Source of the DNA: Kofleriaceae bacterium
GTDB taxonomy: Bacteria; Myxococcota_A; Polyangia; Haliangiales; Haliangiaceae
Direction of reading: 5' to 3'
DNA length: 64,000 nt
Assembly: GCA_046597055.1 (NCBI GenBank)
Contig: JBKJLC010000244.1
Location: 9,007 to 73,006 of the forward strand
Both the position numbers and the translations under genes were made by a program. Positions 35,726 to 45,164 of this stretch are shown piece by piece. The notes under the pieces were generated by a model, which worked only from the letters and a program-made list of their open reading frames with translations, was not told the origin of the DNA and did no database searches. Each line of letters opens with the position of its first letter. Within the stretch, counting starts at the first letter, position 1.

Positions 35726-37465
35726 ATGCGCTCCCCCGCCGACGCCACGCTCGACGCTGCCCGCAACTGGCTCGCCGAAGACTCCGACCCCGAGACCCGT
35801 GCCGAGCTGGCCGGGCTGCTCGCGCAGGCCGCCACCGACGAGGGCGCCGCCGCGGCCCAGGCCGAGCTGGCCGAGCGCTTCGGCGGTCGGCTCGAGTTCG
35901 GCACCGCCGGCATCCGCGGCGTGCTGGGCGCCGGCCCGATGCGCATGAACCGGGTGCTGGTCCGGCGGGTGACCGCCGGCCTGGCCACGTACCTGCTCGC
36001 GCAGGTCGCCGATGCGCGCACGCGCGGCGTCGTGATCGGGCGCGATGCCCGCCGCAACTCGCGGGTGTTCGCCGAGGACACCGCGGCGGTGCTGATCGCG
36101 GCCGGCTTCCGGGTGTTCTTCGCGGACGAGCCGTGGCCGACCCCGGTGACCGCGTGGGCGGTGACCGCGCGCGGCGCCTGCGCCGGCGTGATGGTGACCG
36201 CCAGCCACAACCCGCCCGCGTACAACGGCTACAAGGTGTACTGGGGCAACGGCGCGCAGATCATCCCGCCGCACGACGTCGGCATCGCCGCCGCGATCGA
36301 CGCGATCGACGGCCGGATCGAGCTCGCCGAGCTGGCGGCCGCGCGCGCCGATGGCCGGCTGGTCTCGCTGGGCGACGTCACCGAGGAGGCTTACGTCGCC
36401 AAGGTGCTCGAGCTGCAGGTCGCGCCCGAGGTGCCGCGCGGGCTGCGGGTGGTCTACACGCCGCTCCACGGCGTCGGCGCCAAGCTGGTGGAGACCGTGC
36501 TGGGGCGAGCTGGCTTCGGCCACGTCGTCACCGAGATCTCGCAGCGCGAGCCCGACGCCGCGTTCCCGACCGTCGCGTTCCCCAACCCGGAGGAGAAGGG
36601 CGCGATGGATCGGGTGCTCGCGCTGGCCACCGCCGAGCGCGCCGACCTGGTGCTGGCCAACGATCCCGACGCCGACCGGCTCGCGGTCGCGATCCCCGAC
36701 GGGGTCGGCTATCGCATGCTCACCGGCGATCAGGTCGGCGTCCTGCTCGCCGACTTCCTGCTCGCCCACGCCGGCGCCGGCACGCGGCTGGTCGCGTGCA
36801 GCCTGGTGTCGTCGCAGATGTTGAAGTACGTCGCGGCCGCGTACGGCGCCGAGCACCGCGAGACCCTGACCGGGTTCAAGTGGATCGCGAACGTCGCGCT
36901 GGCGTGGCGGCAGGAGACCGGCGGCCGGTTCGTGATGGGCTACGAGGAGGCGCTCGGCTACACGGTCGGCGAGCTGGTCGGCGACAAGGACGGCGTGTCG
37001 GCCGCGATGGCGTTCGCCGAGCTGGCGGCCTGGAACCACGCGCGGGGCCGGACCGTGGCCGAGCACCTCGACGATCTGTACCGGCGGGTCGGCCTGTTCG
37101 TGACCGAGCAGGTGTCGCTGACCGCGCCCGGCGTGCAGGGGCTGGCCACGATCGCCCGGGCGATGGCGGTGTTCCGCGAGACCGCACCGACCAGCTTGGC
37201 CGGGGTCGCGGTCGAGCGGCTCGAGGATCTGGCGCAGGGCGAGGGCGGGCTGCCGCCGTCCGACGTCCTGATCTTCCGGCTGGCCGGTGGCAAGCGCGTG
37301 ATCATGCGGCCGTCGGGGACCGAGCCGAAGCTGAAGAGCTACTACGAGGTGCGGGTGGAGGTCGGCGCCGGTGAGGCGATGGCCGATGCCCGCGCGCGCG
37401 GCCTGTCCGAGCTGGCGAGGCTGCGCGACGCCCACCAGGCGATGGTGACGGCCGCGACCGCCTGA
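35726..37465 (+). CDS. phosphoglucomutase/phosphomannomutase family protein
   Basis: LEFGTAGIRG, TASHNP, DPDADR, GYEEALG, RPSGTEPK. Confidence 0.93.
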   Translation: MRSPADATLDAARNWLAEDSDPETRAELAGLLAQAATDEGAAAAQAELAERFGGRLEFGTAGIRGVLGAGPMRMNRVLVRRVTAGLATYLLAQVADARTRGVVIGRDARRNSRVFAEDTAAVLIAAGFRVFFADEPWPTPVTAWAVTARGACAGVMVTASHNPPAYNGYKVYWGNGAQIIPPHDVGIAAAIDAIDGRIELAELAAARADGRLVSLGDVTEEAYVAKVLELQVAPEVPRGLRVVYTPLHGVGAKLVETVLGRAGFGHVVTEISQREPDAAFPTVAFPNPEEKGAMDRVLALATAERADLVLANDPDADRLAVAIPDGVGYRMLTGDQVGVLLADFLLAHAGAGTRLVACSLVSSQMLKYVAAAYGAEHRETLTGFKWIANVALAWRQETGGRFVMGYEEALGYTVGELVGDKDGVSAAMAFAELAAWNHARGRTVAEHLDDLYRRVGLFVTEQVSLTAPGVQGLATIARAMAVFRETAPTSLAGVAVERLEDLAQGEGGLPPSDVLIFRLAGGKRVIMRPSGTEPKLKSYYEVRVEVGAGEAMADARARGLSELARLRDAHQAMVTAATA

Positions 37466-37494
37466 CCGCGATCAGCCCGCGTCGCGACCCGGGC

Positions 37495-38091
37495 TCACGG
37501 GCCGATGCGGAACAGCTCGACCAGGATCCGCATCGTGAGGCCCCAGACCAGGTAGTCGTCGTAGCGCCAGCACGGGAACGTCAGCGCGGGCGTGCCGGGA
37601 TACTCGAACGAGCCGTCCAGCTCGCCGGCGAGGACCGGCCCGACCGGGAGCCAGAAGGACGCGGTCGCCTCCGGGCCCGGGATCACCAGCGGCCGCGCGT
37701 CGGCCATGAACACGTAGGGCGTGACCTCCATCCCGCGCGGCCCGGCGTTGTTGGGATGGAGCGGCGCCTGGCGGCCGAGGTAGCGGGCGACCGCGAGATC
37801 GACCGCGAGCTCCTCGGCGGTCTCGCGCACGGCGGTCCCCAGCAGGTCGGGGTCGGTCGCCTCGTGACGGCCGCCCGGCAGCGACACGTGCCCCGACCAG
37901 GGATCACCGACCCGGACCGCGCGCTTCATCAGGAGCACGCACGGGCCCGCCCGGTCGTCCTCGTGCAGCAGCACGGCCACCGCGGCGCGCCGGCGTCCGT
38001 CGGCCGGCGGCGGCACGCCGGGACCAGGCAGCAGGCGGCCGACCATGGCGTCGAGGGTGCCGGTCCTCAGCTGCATCGAAGCATCGCGCAT
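37495..38091 (-). CDS. NUDIX hydrolase, CoA pyrophosphatase (NudL/PCD1-like)
   Basis: RAAVAVLL, WSGHVSLPGG...TAVRETAEE, VWGLT. ATG 38091 lies 7 nt after TACACT. Confidence 0.85.
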   Translation of the reverse strand: MRDASMQLRTGTLDAMVGRLLPGPGVPPPADGRRRAAVAVLLHEDDRAGPCVLLMKRAVRVGDPWSGHVSLPGGRHEATDPDLLGTAVRETAEELAVDLAVARYLGRQAPLHPNNAGPRGMEVTPYVFMADARPLVIPGPEATASFWLPVGPVLAGELDGSFEYPGTPALTFPCWRYDDYLVWGLTMRILVELFRIGP

Positions 38092-38185
38092 CGGCACCAG
38101 TGTAGCGCCCCTGGTGCGGGTGAGCGATCCTCGACCGCGCCGGGGGCGTACCATCGCCGCCCCCAAGTTCCTGGAGGATCGATCG

Positions 38186-39715
38186 ATGAGCCTGAACCTC
38201 GCCACGTTGCTCCGCGAGAGCACCCGCAAGCACCCGGCCAAGCCGGCCATCTACATCAACGACGTCGTGCTGCCCTACCAGATGGTGGACGGGTTCGCGC
38301 AGCGCTTCGCCGGTGCCCTGCGCGGGCTCGGCCTCAAGCCGGGCCAGCACGTCGCGCTGATGCTGCCCAACGTGCCGCAGTTCACCATCGCGTACTTCGG
38401 CTGCCACTACGCGGCGTGCCCGGTGGTGCCGCTCAACGTGCTGCTCACCGGCGAGGAGCTGTCCTACCACCTCGACGATTCCGAGGCGGTCGCGGTGGTC
38501 GTGTGGGAGGGCTTCTACGACGCCGCCCGCGCCGGCTTCGACCGGGTCGCCAGCTGCAAGCACCTCATCGTCGTCAAGCAAGACCGCGCCGACGTGACCG
38601 CGCCGGCCGGTGCGCTCAACTTCACCGCGCTCATGATGGCGGCGCAGCCGGTCACCGAGATCCCGGCGACCAGCCCCGATGACACCGCGGTCATCCTCTA
38701 CACGTCGGGCACCACCGGCAAGGCCAAGGGCGCCGAGCTCAGCCACTTCAACCTGTTCTTCAACGCGCAGTGGCTGACCCAGCAGCCGATGCCGACCCCG
38801 GCCAGCGAGCAGATCGCGCTGGTGGTGCTGCCGCTGTTCCACAGCTTCGGCCAGAGCGTCCTGCAGAACGCGTCGATCTGCGCCGGCGGCTCGCTGGTGC
38901 TGATGCCGCGGTTCGAGCCGGTGGGTGCGGCCCAGCTGATCGCGAAGCACAAGGTCACGACCTTCGCCGGCGTGCCCACCATGTACTTCGCGCTGCTCAA
39001 CCACCCCGAGGTCACGCCGGGGCTGTTCGCCACCGTCGATCAGTGCCTGTCGGGCGGCTCGGCGATGCCGGTGGAGGTGATGAACGCCTTCGACCAGAAG
39101 TTCGGCACCGACATCCTCGAGGGCTATGGCCTGTCGGAGACCTCGCCGGTCGCGTCGTTCAACCCGCGCGGCAAGAAGAAGGTCGGCTCGATCGGCATCC
39201 CGATCTGGGGCGTCGAGCTCCGCCTGGTCGACCACGCCGACCAGCCGGTGACCAAGGTCGGCGAGGCCGGCGAGATCTGCATCAAGGGCCACAACGTCAT
39301 GAAGGGCTACTACCGGAAGCCCGAGGCCACCGCCGAGTCGATCGTCGACGGCTGGTTCCACTCGGGCGACATCGGGACCATCGACGCCGACGGTTACTAC
39401 TTCATCGTGGACCGCAAGAAGGACATGTTGATCCGCGGCGGCTTCAACGTGTACCCGCGCGAGATCGAGGAGGTGCTGTACGGGCACCCGGCGGTCGCCG
39501 AGGTCGCGGTGATCGGCGTCGCGCACCCGAGCCACGGCGAGGAGGTGAAGGCGGTGATCGCGCTCAAGGCCGGCTCGGCGGTGACCGCCGAGGAGGTCAT
39601 CGCGTACTGCAAGGAGCGCCTGGCCGCGTACAAGTACCCGCGGATCGTGGAGTTCCGCGACGCGTTGCCCAAGGGCCCGACCGGCAAGATCCTCAAGCGC
39701 GAGCTGCGCGGGTAG
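38186..39715 (+). CDS. long-chain-fatty-acid--CoA ligase
   Basis: YTSGTTGKAKG, EGYGLSET, HSGD, DRKKDM, GKILKR; GGAGG SD. Confidence 0.93.
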   Translation: MSLNLATLLRESTRKHPAKPAIYINDVVLPYQMVDGFAQRFAGALRGLGLKPGQHVALMLPNVPQFTIAYFGCHYAACPVVPLNVLLTGEELSYHLDDSEAVAVVVWEGFYDAARAGFDRVASCKHLIVVKQDRADVTAPAGALNFTALMMAAQPVTEIPATSPDDTAVILYTSGTTGKAKGAELSHFNLFFNAQWLTQQPMPTPASEQIALVVLPLFHSFGQSVLQNASICAGGSLVLMPRFEPVGAAQLIAKHKVTTFAGVPTMYFALLNHPEVTPGLFATVDQCLSGGSAMPVEVMNAFDQKFGTDILEGYGLSETSPVASFNPRGKKKVGSIGIPIWGVELRLVDHADQPVTKVGEAGEICIKGHNVMKGYYRKPEATAESIVDGWFHSGDIGTIDADGYYFIVDRKKDMLIRGGFNVYPREIEEVLYGHPAVAEVAVIGVAHPSHGEEVKAVIALKAGSAVTAEEVIAYCKERLAAYKYPRIVEFRDALPKGPTGKILKRELRG

Positions 39716-39726
39716 GACCGGCGGCG

Positions 39727-40632
39727 TCACATCGGCGTCATCGAGTCTTCCATCGCGGTCTCGAGGAAGCGCAGGTCCTCGCCGAGACTGTCGATCTGCT
39801 CGACCAGCGAGTCGCGGGTGGTCGCGAGGTGCTCGAGGTCGACCGTGCATAGCTTGATGGTGGTGGCCGCGACCGACGCCAGGGTGGCGGCGACCAGCTC
39901 GAGGCGCGCCTTCACGCGCTCGAACAGCCGCTGTAGCTGGCCGTAGGTCTCGAGCTCGCGGCGGCGCGCGGCGCCGGCCTGGCGGTAGGCCGCGGCCGCC
40001 TCGCGATCGGAGGTGACGCTGGCCCGCATCTCCAGCCGGCGCGCCTCGGCATCGAGGCGTGACGGATCGTGATCGTCGAGGTACCGCTGCAGCGGGTTGC
40101 CCAGGAGCGCCGTCCGGCCAGCGACCTGCACGGACTCACCGCACCGCTGGTAGACGTCGCACAGGCCCGGGTGGACGCGGCCGTTGCCGTCGAGGGTCGA
40201 CCGGATCTCGTCGTGGACCTTCAGGATGGCGAGATAGGTCGCGCGCAGGTCGGCGGGGCCGATCTGATCGGCGTCGACCTCGGGCTCGAGCGGCAGGCCG
40301 AACTGACCGTGCACGCGCTCGGCGTAGGTCTCGCTGAACGTGTAGAGCGTGACCACCAGCAGGTAGTGAAAGGCGCCGATGATCAGGATCCATGGCGCCA
40401 TCGCCGGCGCACCAGCCAGCACCAGCGCGAACGCGATCACGCTCGCCGTACCGATGCCGCGTAGCGACCGTGGTCGGCACGCTGCCGACGCGGTCCGGCG
40501 GACCGCGCGGACCCAGCCTGCGGTCGGGCTGGCTGGCATCGCGGACGGCCCGGCTGGCTCGATCGCGACACGCGCCTCCGCGGCCAAGCGCGGAGACGTC
40601 CTGAGCTCGGCGGATTCGACGGACTCCGGCAT
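39727..40632 (-). CDS. hypothetical membrane protein with C-terminal coiled-coil
   Basis: GAGG SD, two hydrophobic segments, helical C-terminus; no family recognised. Confidence 0.55.
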   Translation of the reverse strand: MPESVESAELRTSPRLAAEARVAIEPAGPSAMPASPTAGWVRAVRRTASAACRPRSLRGIGTASVIAFALVLAGAPAMAPWILIIGAFHYLLVVTLYTFSETYAERVHGQFGLPLEPEVDADQIGPADLRATYLAILKVHDEIRSTLDGNGRVHPGLCDVYQRCGESVQVAGRTALLGNPLQRYLDDHDPSRLDAEARRLEMRASVTSDREAAAAYRQAGAARRRELETYGQLQRLFERVKARLELVAATLASVAATTIKLCTVDLEHLATTRDSLVEQIDSLGEDLRFLETAMEDSMTPM

Positions 40633-40806
40633 GAGGCACCTCTTCTCCGTCGAGAGAGCAAGCCTCGTACCGCCGATGCGCGCGCGTCATGTTCGAGCCC
40701 GCGCGCGCAGCGTGGCGCGGCGATGGGCGCGGTCGAGCCGCCGCGACCTGCGTCATGAGCGCGGGCGCGCGGTGTGCGGCTGGGCGCGGCGCAGTGACGA
40801 ATGTCG

Positions 40807-42075
40807 TCAGGGTGCGAGCGCGTCGTTGACCGCGTGCAGCAACGTCGACTGCGCGTCGTCACCCGAGAGCTCCCAGAACATGACGCCGCCGAGGCGTTCC
40901 TGGCGGATCAGGCCCACCTTGGCGCGGAGCGACACCGGATCGTCGTAGCTGATCATCACACCCGTGGCGGCGTCGTAGAGCCAGGGCACCTGACCCGACT
41001 CCGACCAGTGGCGCTGCATGCGGGGCAGGTAGTTGGCGGCGAGGTCGTGCCAGTCGAACACGCCGGCTTCCCAGGTGCCCATCGGCGCCCCGGTCGCGGA
41101 CTGGAACAGGCCGTTGTTGGTGGCGGGGACGCCGCTCCAGCCGCGGCCGTAGAACGGCACGCCGGCGATCAGCTTGGCCGGCGGCGTGCCCCCGTCGAGC
41201 CAGGCCTCGACCGCGGCGGCGACGTGGAAGGTGGCGGCAGTCGCGCTGGGATCGCCGGCGACCGCGGCCAGCGGCGCGTTGAACCCGGTCACCCGCTCCC
41301 AGCCGCCGTGGAAGTCGTACGTCATCACGTTGATCCAGTCGAGGTACGGGTGGATGCGGTCGACCTCGATGTCGGCGATGCGCGCGTCGCCGGCCGGCGC
41401 CGCGATCGTGAGCAGGAACTGGCCGCGGCGGTCGAGCTCGGCGCGCATCGCGGCCAGGAGCAACGTGAAGTTGGCGCGGTCGGCCGGGACCCCGGGCGCC
41501 AGGCCACCGCCGCCCGGATACTCCCAGTCGACGTCGAGGCCGTCGAAGCCGTAGCGCTCCATGAGGTCGGCGCACGAGCGCGCGAACCGCTCGCGGCCGG
41601 CCGCGGTCGCCGCGACGTCCGAGAAGCCGCCCGACCAGGTCCAGCCGCCGATCGAGAGCAGCGTCTTCAGATGTGGGTGGCGCCCTTTGAGCAGCTGGAG
41701 CTGGTGGAAGGCGCCCCGCAGCGCGCCGGTGTCCCAGGAGTCGCCCGGGTAGAACTTGTCGATGTCGGCGTAGGCGTCGCCGAGCACGCACTCACCGCCG
41801 GCGATGTTGAGGAACGCGTAGTTGATGTGGGTGAGCAGACCGCCCGGGATCTCCGACACCTGGTAGTCGCGGCCGTAGGTCGCCCAGGCCGGGTAGTAGC
41901 CGATGATGCGACGCCCGCCGGGCGTACCGTCGGGGCCGTCGGGGCCGTCGGGGCCGTCGGGGCCGTCGGGGCCGTCCCCGTTGTCATCGTCGTCGTCGGC
42001 GCCGCCCGGGCCGTCGCCGGACGCGGCGGGAGCGCAGGCGAGCAGGGTAGCGGCGAGGAGCGCGGTCCATCTCAC
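40807..42075 (-). CDS. glycoside hydrolase family 18 (chitinase) lipoprotein
   Basis: Lipobox LLAC, THINYAF, LSIGGW, FDGLDVDWEYP, MTYDFHG, GVMFWELSGD. Confidence 0.93.
   Translation of the reverse strand: MRWTALLAATLLACAPAASGDGPGGADDDDDNGDGPDGPDGPDGPDGPDGTPGGRRIIGYYPAWATYGRDYQVSEIPGGLLTHINYAFLNIAGGECVLGDAYADIDKFYPGDSWDTGALRGAFHQLQLLKGRHPHLKTLLSIGGWTWSGGFSDVAATAAGRERFARSCADLMERYGFDGLDVDWEYPGGGGLAPGVPADRANFTLLLAAMRAELDRRGQFLLTIAAPAGDARIADIEVDRIHPYLDWINVMTYDFHGGWERVTGFNAPLAAVAGDPSATAATFHVAAAVEAWLDGGTPPAKLIAGVPFYGRGWSGVPATNNGLFQSATGAPMGTWEAGVFDWHDLAANYLPRMQRHWSESGQVPWLYDAATGVMISYDDPVSLRAKVGLIRQERLGGVMFWELSGDDAQSTLLHAVNDALAP
41927..41976 (-). repeat. 9-bp coding tandem repeat (CCGTCGGGG)x5 encoding a (GPD)n linker
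   Basis: Five exact copies plus a partial copy in the chitinase N-terminal linker. Confidence 0.9.
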
Positions 42076-42145
42076 GTCCCCGATCGAGGGCGCCTGGGGG
42101 TCGATCGGGTCACGCCGGCAGAAGTTTGGCTGCGTGGGCCGCGGT

Positions 42146-42565
42146 TCAGGGGGACTCGGCCCGGGCCTTCAGCGCGGCGGCGAACTCGTCGAACCCCGGC
42201 TGCAGGTCGGGCATCTTCGACGTGATCATCCCGGACAGGGCGCCGGTGAAGTCCTCGACCATCTCGAACCCGACGTCGCCGCCGGCGGTCGGGGTCAGCG
42301 TGAACGTCCGCTGCCCGGTGAACAGCCCGAGCGGCATCCCGCCGCGCCACACCATCCGCTGCGGTGGCGTCCAGTCGACCACCTTCAGCGCGAACGCGCG
42401 CTGGCTGCCGCGGACGTGCAGCGTGATCGACTCACCCGCCGCGATGCGGCCTGCGACGCGGGTGACCGTCGGGTTCCAGCTCGGATAACCGGCGGCGTCG
42501 GTCAAGAGGGCCCAGATCGCGGCCGGGGTCGCGCGGATCGTCGTGGTGGTGCGGAAGCTCTTCAC
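42146..42565 (-). CDS. SRPBCC domain protein
   Basis: IRATPAAIWALLTD..YPSWNP, FEMVEDFTG, ALKARAE. Confidence 0.85.
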   Translation of the reverse strand: MKSFRTTTTIRATPAAIWALLTDAAGYPSWNPTVTRVAGRIAAGESITLHVRGSQRAFALKVVDWTPPQRMVWRGGMPLGLFTGQRTFTLTPTAGGDVGFEMVEDFTGALSGMITSKMPDLQPGFDEFAAALKARAESP

Positions 42566-42586
42566 GCGCCGAATTTAGCGCGATCG

Positions 42587-44245
42587 TCAGTACAGGCGGT
42601 GCAGGTGGGTGCCGCGGTAGTAGTGACCGAGGATCTCGGCGTGGCTCTTGGCGGCGGCCGCCATGCCGATCGCGCCGACCTGGTCCATCCCGACCCCGTG
42701 GCCGAAGCCGGCGCCGCGAAAGGTGAACGAGGTCGGTGCGCCGCGCCGGCCATCGCCGCGCACCGCGAACAGGGTCGACTTCAGGCCCCCGAGCAGGCGG
42801 CGCAGGTGTAGATCGCCCTCGGCAATCACGGTGGCGCCGGACCCGACCAGGCGGAGCGCGGTCACCCGGCCGCTCTTGCTGCGGCGCACGACCTCGAGCC
42901 CGGTGAGCGTGCCGACCTTCGGGTAGTGCTTGCCGACCAGCGCCGTCAACGCGGCGGCGTCGATCTCGACCGTCCAGCGGAAGTGCTTCTTGCCCCACCG
43001 GCTGGCCCCGCTCCAGAACGCGTCGGGGGCCGCGGCGAGAAAGGCCTCGAGGTTGCCATCGTCGATCGTGGCGAAGGTCCGGGCGAGGCGGGCGTCGGCG
43101 GTGTCGACCCGCCCGCGCAGCGATGGATCCGGCGCGCCGCCCCAGGTCACATCATTGTCCTCGGTGTGGCCGCCGGCCGACGCGCTGTAGCGGGTGTCGG
43201 CCAGCCCGCCGCCGTCGCGCAGCACGACCACGCCGCGGGTGCGCGCGACCGCCTTGGTGGTGCGCGGGTGCTCCTTGCCGGCGCCGGCGTAGACCTGGCA
43301 CTGCTGGGTCGAGCACAGCAGGTACGGCTCGGTCAGGTTGCGTCGGCCGATCTTCTCGAGCAGCTCGGTGCGCGCGGCGATCGCCTGGGCCGCGAGCGCG
43401 GCCTCGGGAGCGTCGGGGAAGATCTCCGACGGCACCAGCCCGGCCAGCAGCTTGTCCTCGGCGACCGCGTTGACCGCGGTCAGGTTGCCGTCGGAGCCGA
43501 AGGTCACGTAGACCGCGCCCCAGTAGCGGCGATCTTCGTGTCCCGTCTCGAGCTGAGAGCCGCCGGTTTTGGTCGGGACGTCGGCGACCGTGATCGTGTC
43601 GCCGGCGCGGGCCGGGCGGAACCACAGGACCGACGGGTTGCGGACCACCGTGGCGTCTTGCTCGGCGACCACGGTGCCGCGCGGCCGGCGCACCAGCTCG
43701 CGATGCACGCTGGTCGTGACCTCGTGCTTGGCGGCGATCGCGCGCGCGCGGGCGGCGGCCTGGCCGGGCGCGACCGGGTCGATCGCGATCAGCTGCTCGC
43801 GGGTGTCGATGACCGCGCCAGCGACCGCGAACAGCGTGCCGATCTCGAAGCCGTGCGGCTCGAAGCCGCGCGCGCGCCAGCGCTCGAGCGCCGCGGCGAC
43901 CCCGGGCGCGTCGTCGGGGGTGAGCCGCTCGACCACGGTCCACTCGCGGATCTCGGCCGGGCGGGCGCCGTCGCCGCGCACGACCACCGTGCGGGCGCCG
44001 CTGACCGTGGTGGTGCTGCCGCCATCGCCGTCGGGCATGATCACGAGGCCGCCCGGCGCCGACAGCCGCACCTCGCGCTGTCCGCTCATGACCTCGACCG
44101 TGATCAGCGGCAGGCCGTCGTCGGTGAACGTGAACCGGTTCGAGTAGAGGATCCGCAGCTTGTCGCTGGTCGAGGTCTCGTCGGCCCGCGCCGCACCGGC
44201 GAGCACGCACAGGACGGCTGCGGCCGCGGCCAGGGATCGAGGCAT
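42587..44245 (-). CDS. SpoIID/LytB domain protein (lytic transglycosylase-like)
   Basis: LAGLVPSEI, ALAAQAIAART, CQVY, GFGHGVGMDQVGA, ILGHYY. Confidence 0.9.
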   Translation of the reverse strand: MPRSLAAAAAVLCVLAGAARADETSTSDKLRILYSNRFTFTDDGLPLITVEVMSGQREVRLSAPGGLVIMPDGDGGSTTTVSGARTVVVRGDGARPAEIREWTVVERLTPDDAPGVAAALERWRARGFEPHGFEIGTLFAVAGAVIDTREQLIAIDPVAPGQAAARARAIAAKHEVTTSVHRELVRRPRGTVVAEQDATVVRNPSVLWFRPARAGDTITVADVPTKTGGSQLETGHEDRRYWGAVYVTFGSDGNLTAVNAVAEDKLLAGLVPSEIFPDAPEAALAAQAIAARTELLEKIGRRNLTEPYLLCSTQQCQVYAGAGKEHPRTTKAVARTRGVVVLRDGGGLADTRYSASAGGHTEDNDVTWGGAPDPSLRGRVDTADARLARTFATIDDGNLEAFLAAAPDAFWSGASRWGKKHFRWTVEIDAAALTALVGKHYPKVGTLTGLEVVRRSKSGRVTALRLVGSGATVIAEGDLHLRRLLGGLKSTLFAVRGDGRRGAPTSFTFRGAGFGHGVGMDQVGAIGMAAAAKSHAEILGHYYRGTHLHRLY

Positions 44246-44350
44246 GGCCCGAGGCTGCGGCCACCGCCGGCACGGGGCAAGAAAGCGGCGCGGACGAGGA
44301 GGCTCGCCCCGGCGACCGATCCGGCGGCGCTCGGCGGGCCCGTGGAGCGA

Positions 44351-44926
44351 TCAGGCGGCGCGCGGCGTCGCGACGCGTGCAATGAAGTGCAGGTTCAGGA
44401 AGTTGATCGTGAAGTGAGCGGCGATCGCGCTGCCGAGGTCCCCGGTCAGGGTCACCATCCCGCCGAACACGAGCCCCATCCCGAGCGCCCAGAAGGTCCA
44501 CGGCAGGAACCGGCGGCTGGGCCCGATGTGGAGCAGGCCGAACAGCACCGCCTGCGGGACCAGCCCCAGCCACGGCTGCAGTGCGCCACGGAAGAAGACC
44601 TCCTCGCCGATCGCGCTGGCCGCGGCGAGGATCGCGATCTCGCGACCGCTGACGTCGCCGAGCAGCGCGCGGAAGTCGCTGTGCAGGCCGCGCCCCCACG
44701 CCGAGCGCGCGACCAGGACGCGCGTGGCCAGGACCACCGCGAGGCCGAGCGCCACGCCCAGGAGCGGCGACACGGCATGCCACCACAGCGCGCGCTCCTC
44801 GGTGACGCGGTAGACATCGGCGTCGCCGCGTCCGGCCGAGAGCAAGAGTCCCAGCAAGCCGAGGCCGCCGTAGAGTCCGATGATCAGGGTCGCCCGACTG
44901 TGGGGCGGCTGGTAGTGACCCTGCAT
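44351..44926 (-). CDS. CPBP (Abi/CAAX-like) intramembrane glutamic endopeptidase
   Basis: GEEVFFRG, FGLLH, AHFTIN. Confidence 0.9.
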   Translation of the reverse strand: MQGHYQPPHSRATLIIGLYGGLGLLGLLLSAGRGDADVYRVTEERALWWHAVSPLLGVALGLAVVLATRVLVARSAWGRGLHSDFRALLGDVSGREIAILAAASAIGEEVFFRGALQPWLGLVPQAVLFGLLHIGPSRRFLPWTFWALGMGLVFGGMVTLTGDLGSAIAAHFTINFLNLHFIARVATPRAA

Positions 44927-45124
44927 CGCGCCGGCACTATGCCTGATGTGAGCGTGCCCACCAACGCTGACATCTCAGATGGTGTGTCGGCGGAAGGTGG
45001 TGAAACGTGGGTGCAAGTCAGCACGTGATTGCCGTGCGCGTGCGCACGCTTCAGCATGCATATCCCTGTGCGCGTATCACGCGTTACGCCGATAACGCAG
45101 CGCCCCATTTTGCTGGTCAGCGCA

Positions 45125-45138
45125 ACTTCAGCTGAAGT
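45125..45138. promoter_or_regulatory. perfect 14-bp palindrome ACTTCAGCTGAAGT, putative operator of the lipase-fadL operon
   Basis: Exact inverted repeat in an AT-enriched intergenic region, 27 nt before ATG 45165. Confidence 0.4.
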
Positions 45139-45164
45139 AGGGTCAACAGCGGGAGGCGACCACC

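Noticed and set aside
41927..41976. (GPD)n as a collagen-like domain
   Set aside because: Only about five triplets, too short for a triple helix; treated as a slippage-derived linker.
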